64,000 bases of DNA, from the NCBI RefSeq assembly GCF_001194135.2, contig NC_068982.1:29532356-29596355 (forward strand), read 5' to 3'. Every line of letters starts with the position of its first letter. Position 1 is the first letter of the stretch. The position numbers were made by a program, and so were the translations under genes. Below the pieces are notes generated by a model. That model saw only the letters and a list, made by a program, of their open reading frames with translations. It was not told the DNA's origin and ran no database searches. This stretch comes from Octopus bimaculoides. Taxonomy: Eukaryota. Of the stretch, positions 63,442-64,000 are shown piece by piece.

Positions 63442-64000
63442 GTTCTGCTATTCCTCTCTTGCAACGTTTCAATTTGAAATATCTTTATGGATTTCAAAAA
63501 AATACAAGCAAGAAACAAAAAAAAAAAATGAAACCATTAGCTTACATCTTACATAGAGTAGGTGGGGGTGGGGTGGTTAGAAGGGAAAAAAATTGTTTAA
63601 TATTATTTCAGAAAACATTGCTTTTAACATAAATTCCTCATCATCATTAAAGCTAACCGTTCCCCCACCTGCATACACTACCATATACACACTATATATT
63701 AGCTACAAACACACACACACGCATGCGCGTGCATGCGTGCACACACAACAACACACTATGCACCAACATCTGGATTATCACGCTTGTAATCTCTGCTTCT
63801 TTTTCATTTCTTCGTTATCATTTTTACTATGTTATGTAGTATGTTTTTAATGTTTGCTTTGCTATGTTATGCTGTGCAAGCAACACAAATGAAGGCCTCT
63901 GGGAACAGTAGAAATAGGGCTTTGAATTCCCTCAAAAAAAAAAGCAAAAAAAAGCATGTAAAATACTTGAAGGAAACAATATACCAGGTGAAGTGTGAGA

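Overview
AT-rich, microsatellite-dense metazoan genomic DNA with 17 N-gaps. The repeat families are ones I recognise as octopus-like, probably a short-read Octopus assembly (recognition only, no database search). Only one protein-coding exon is supportable: a 110-nt minus-strand exon (3626-3735) encoding the end of the N-terminal PH domain of a Ras-GRF-type GEF. No upstream exon was found, so most of the window is probably its very large upstream intron. The remainder is transposon-derived: tRNA-headed SINE families (here A, B, D), RTE LINE relics and their 3' UTR copies (C), an R4/Dong-like 3' end in (TAA)n, a CR1-like relic, hAT, piggyBac and mariner MITEs, a Tigger/pogo transposase relic and Penelope-like termini. 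The most striking element is a 365-bp near-perfect inverted repeat (4506-4870) whose arms each carry a type I hammerhead ribozyme. The copy on the host-gene strand has an intact core and is preceded by its own antisense. The opposite-strand copy has a catalytic-core substitution. Five further loci carry variant or decayed hammerhead-like motifs, all on the strand opposite the host gene.
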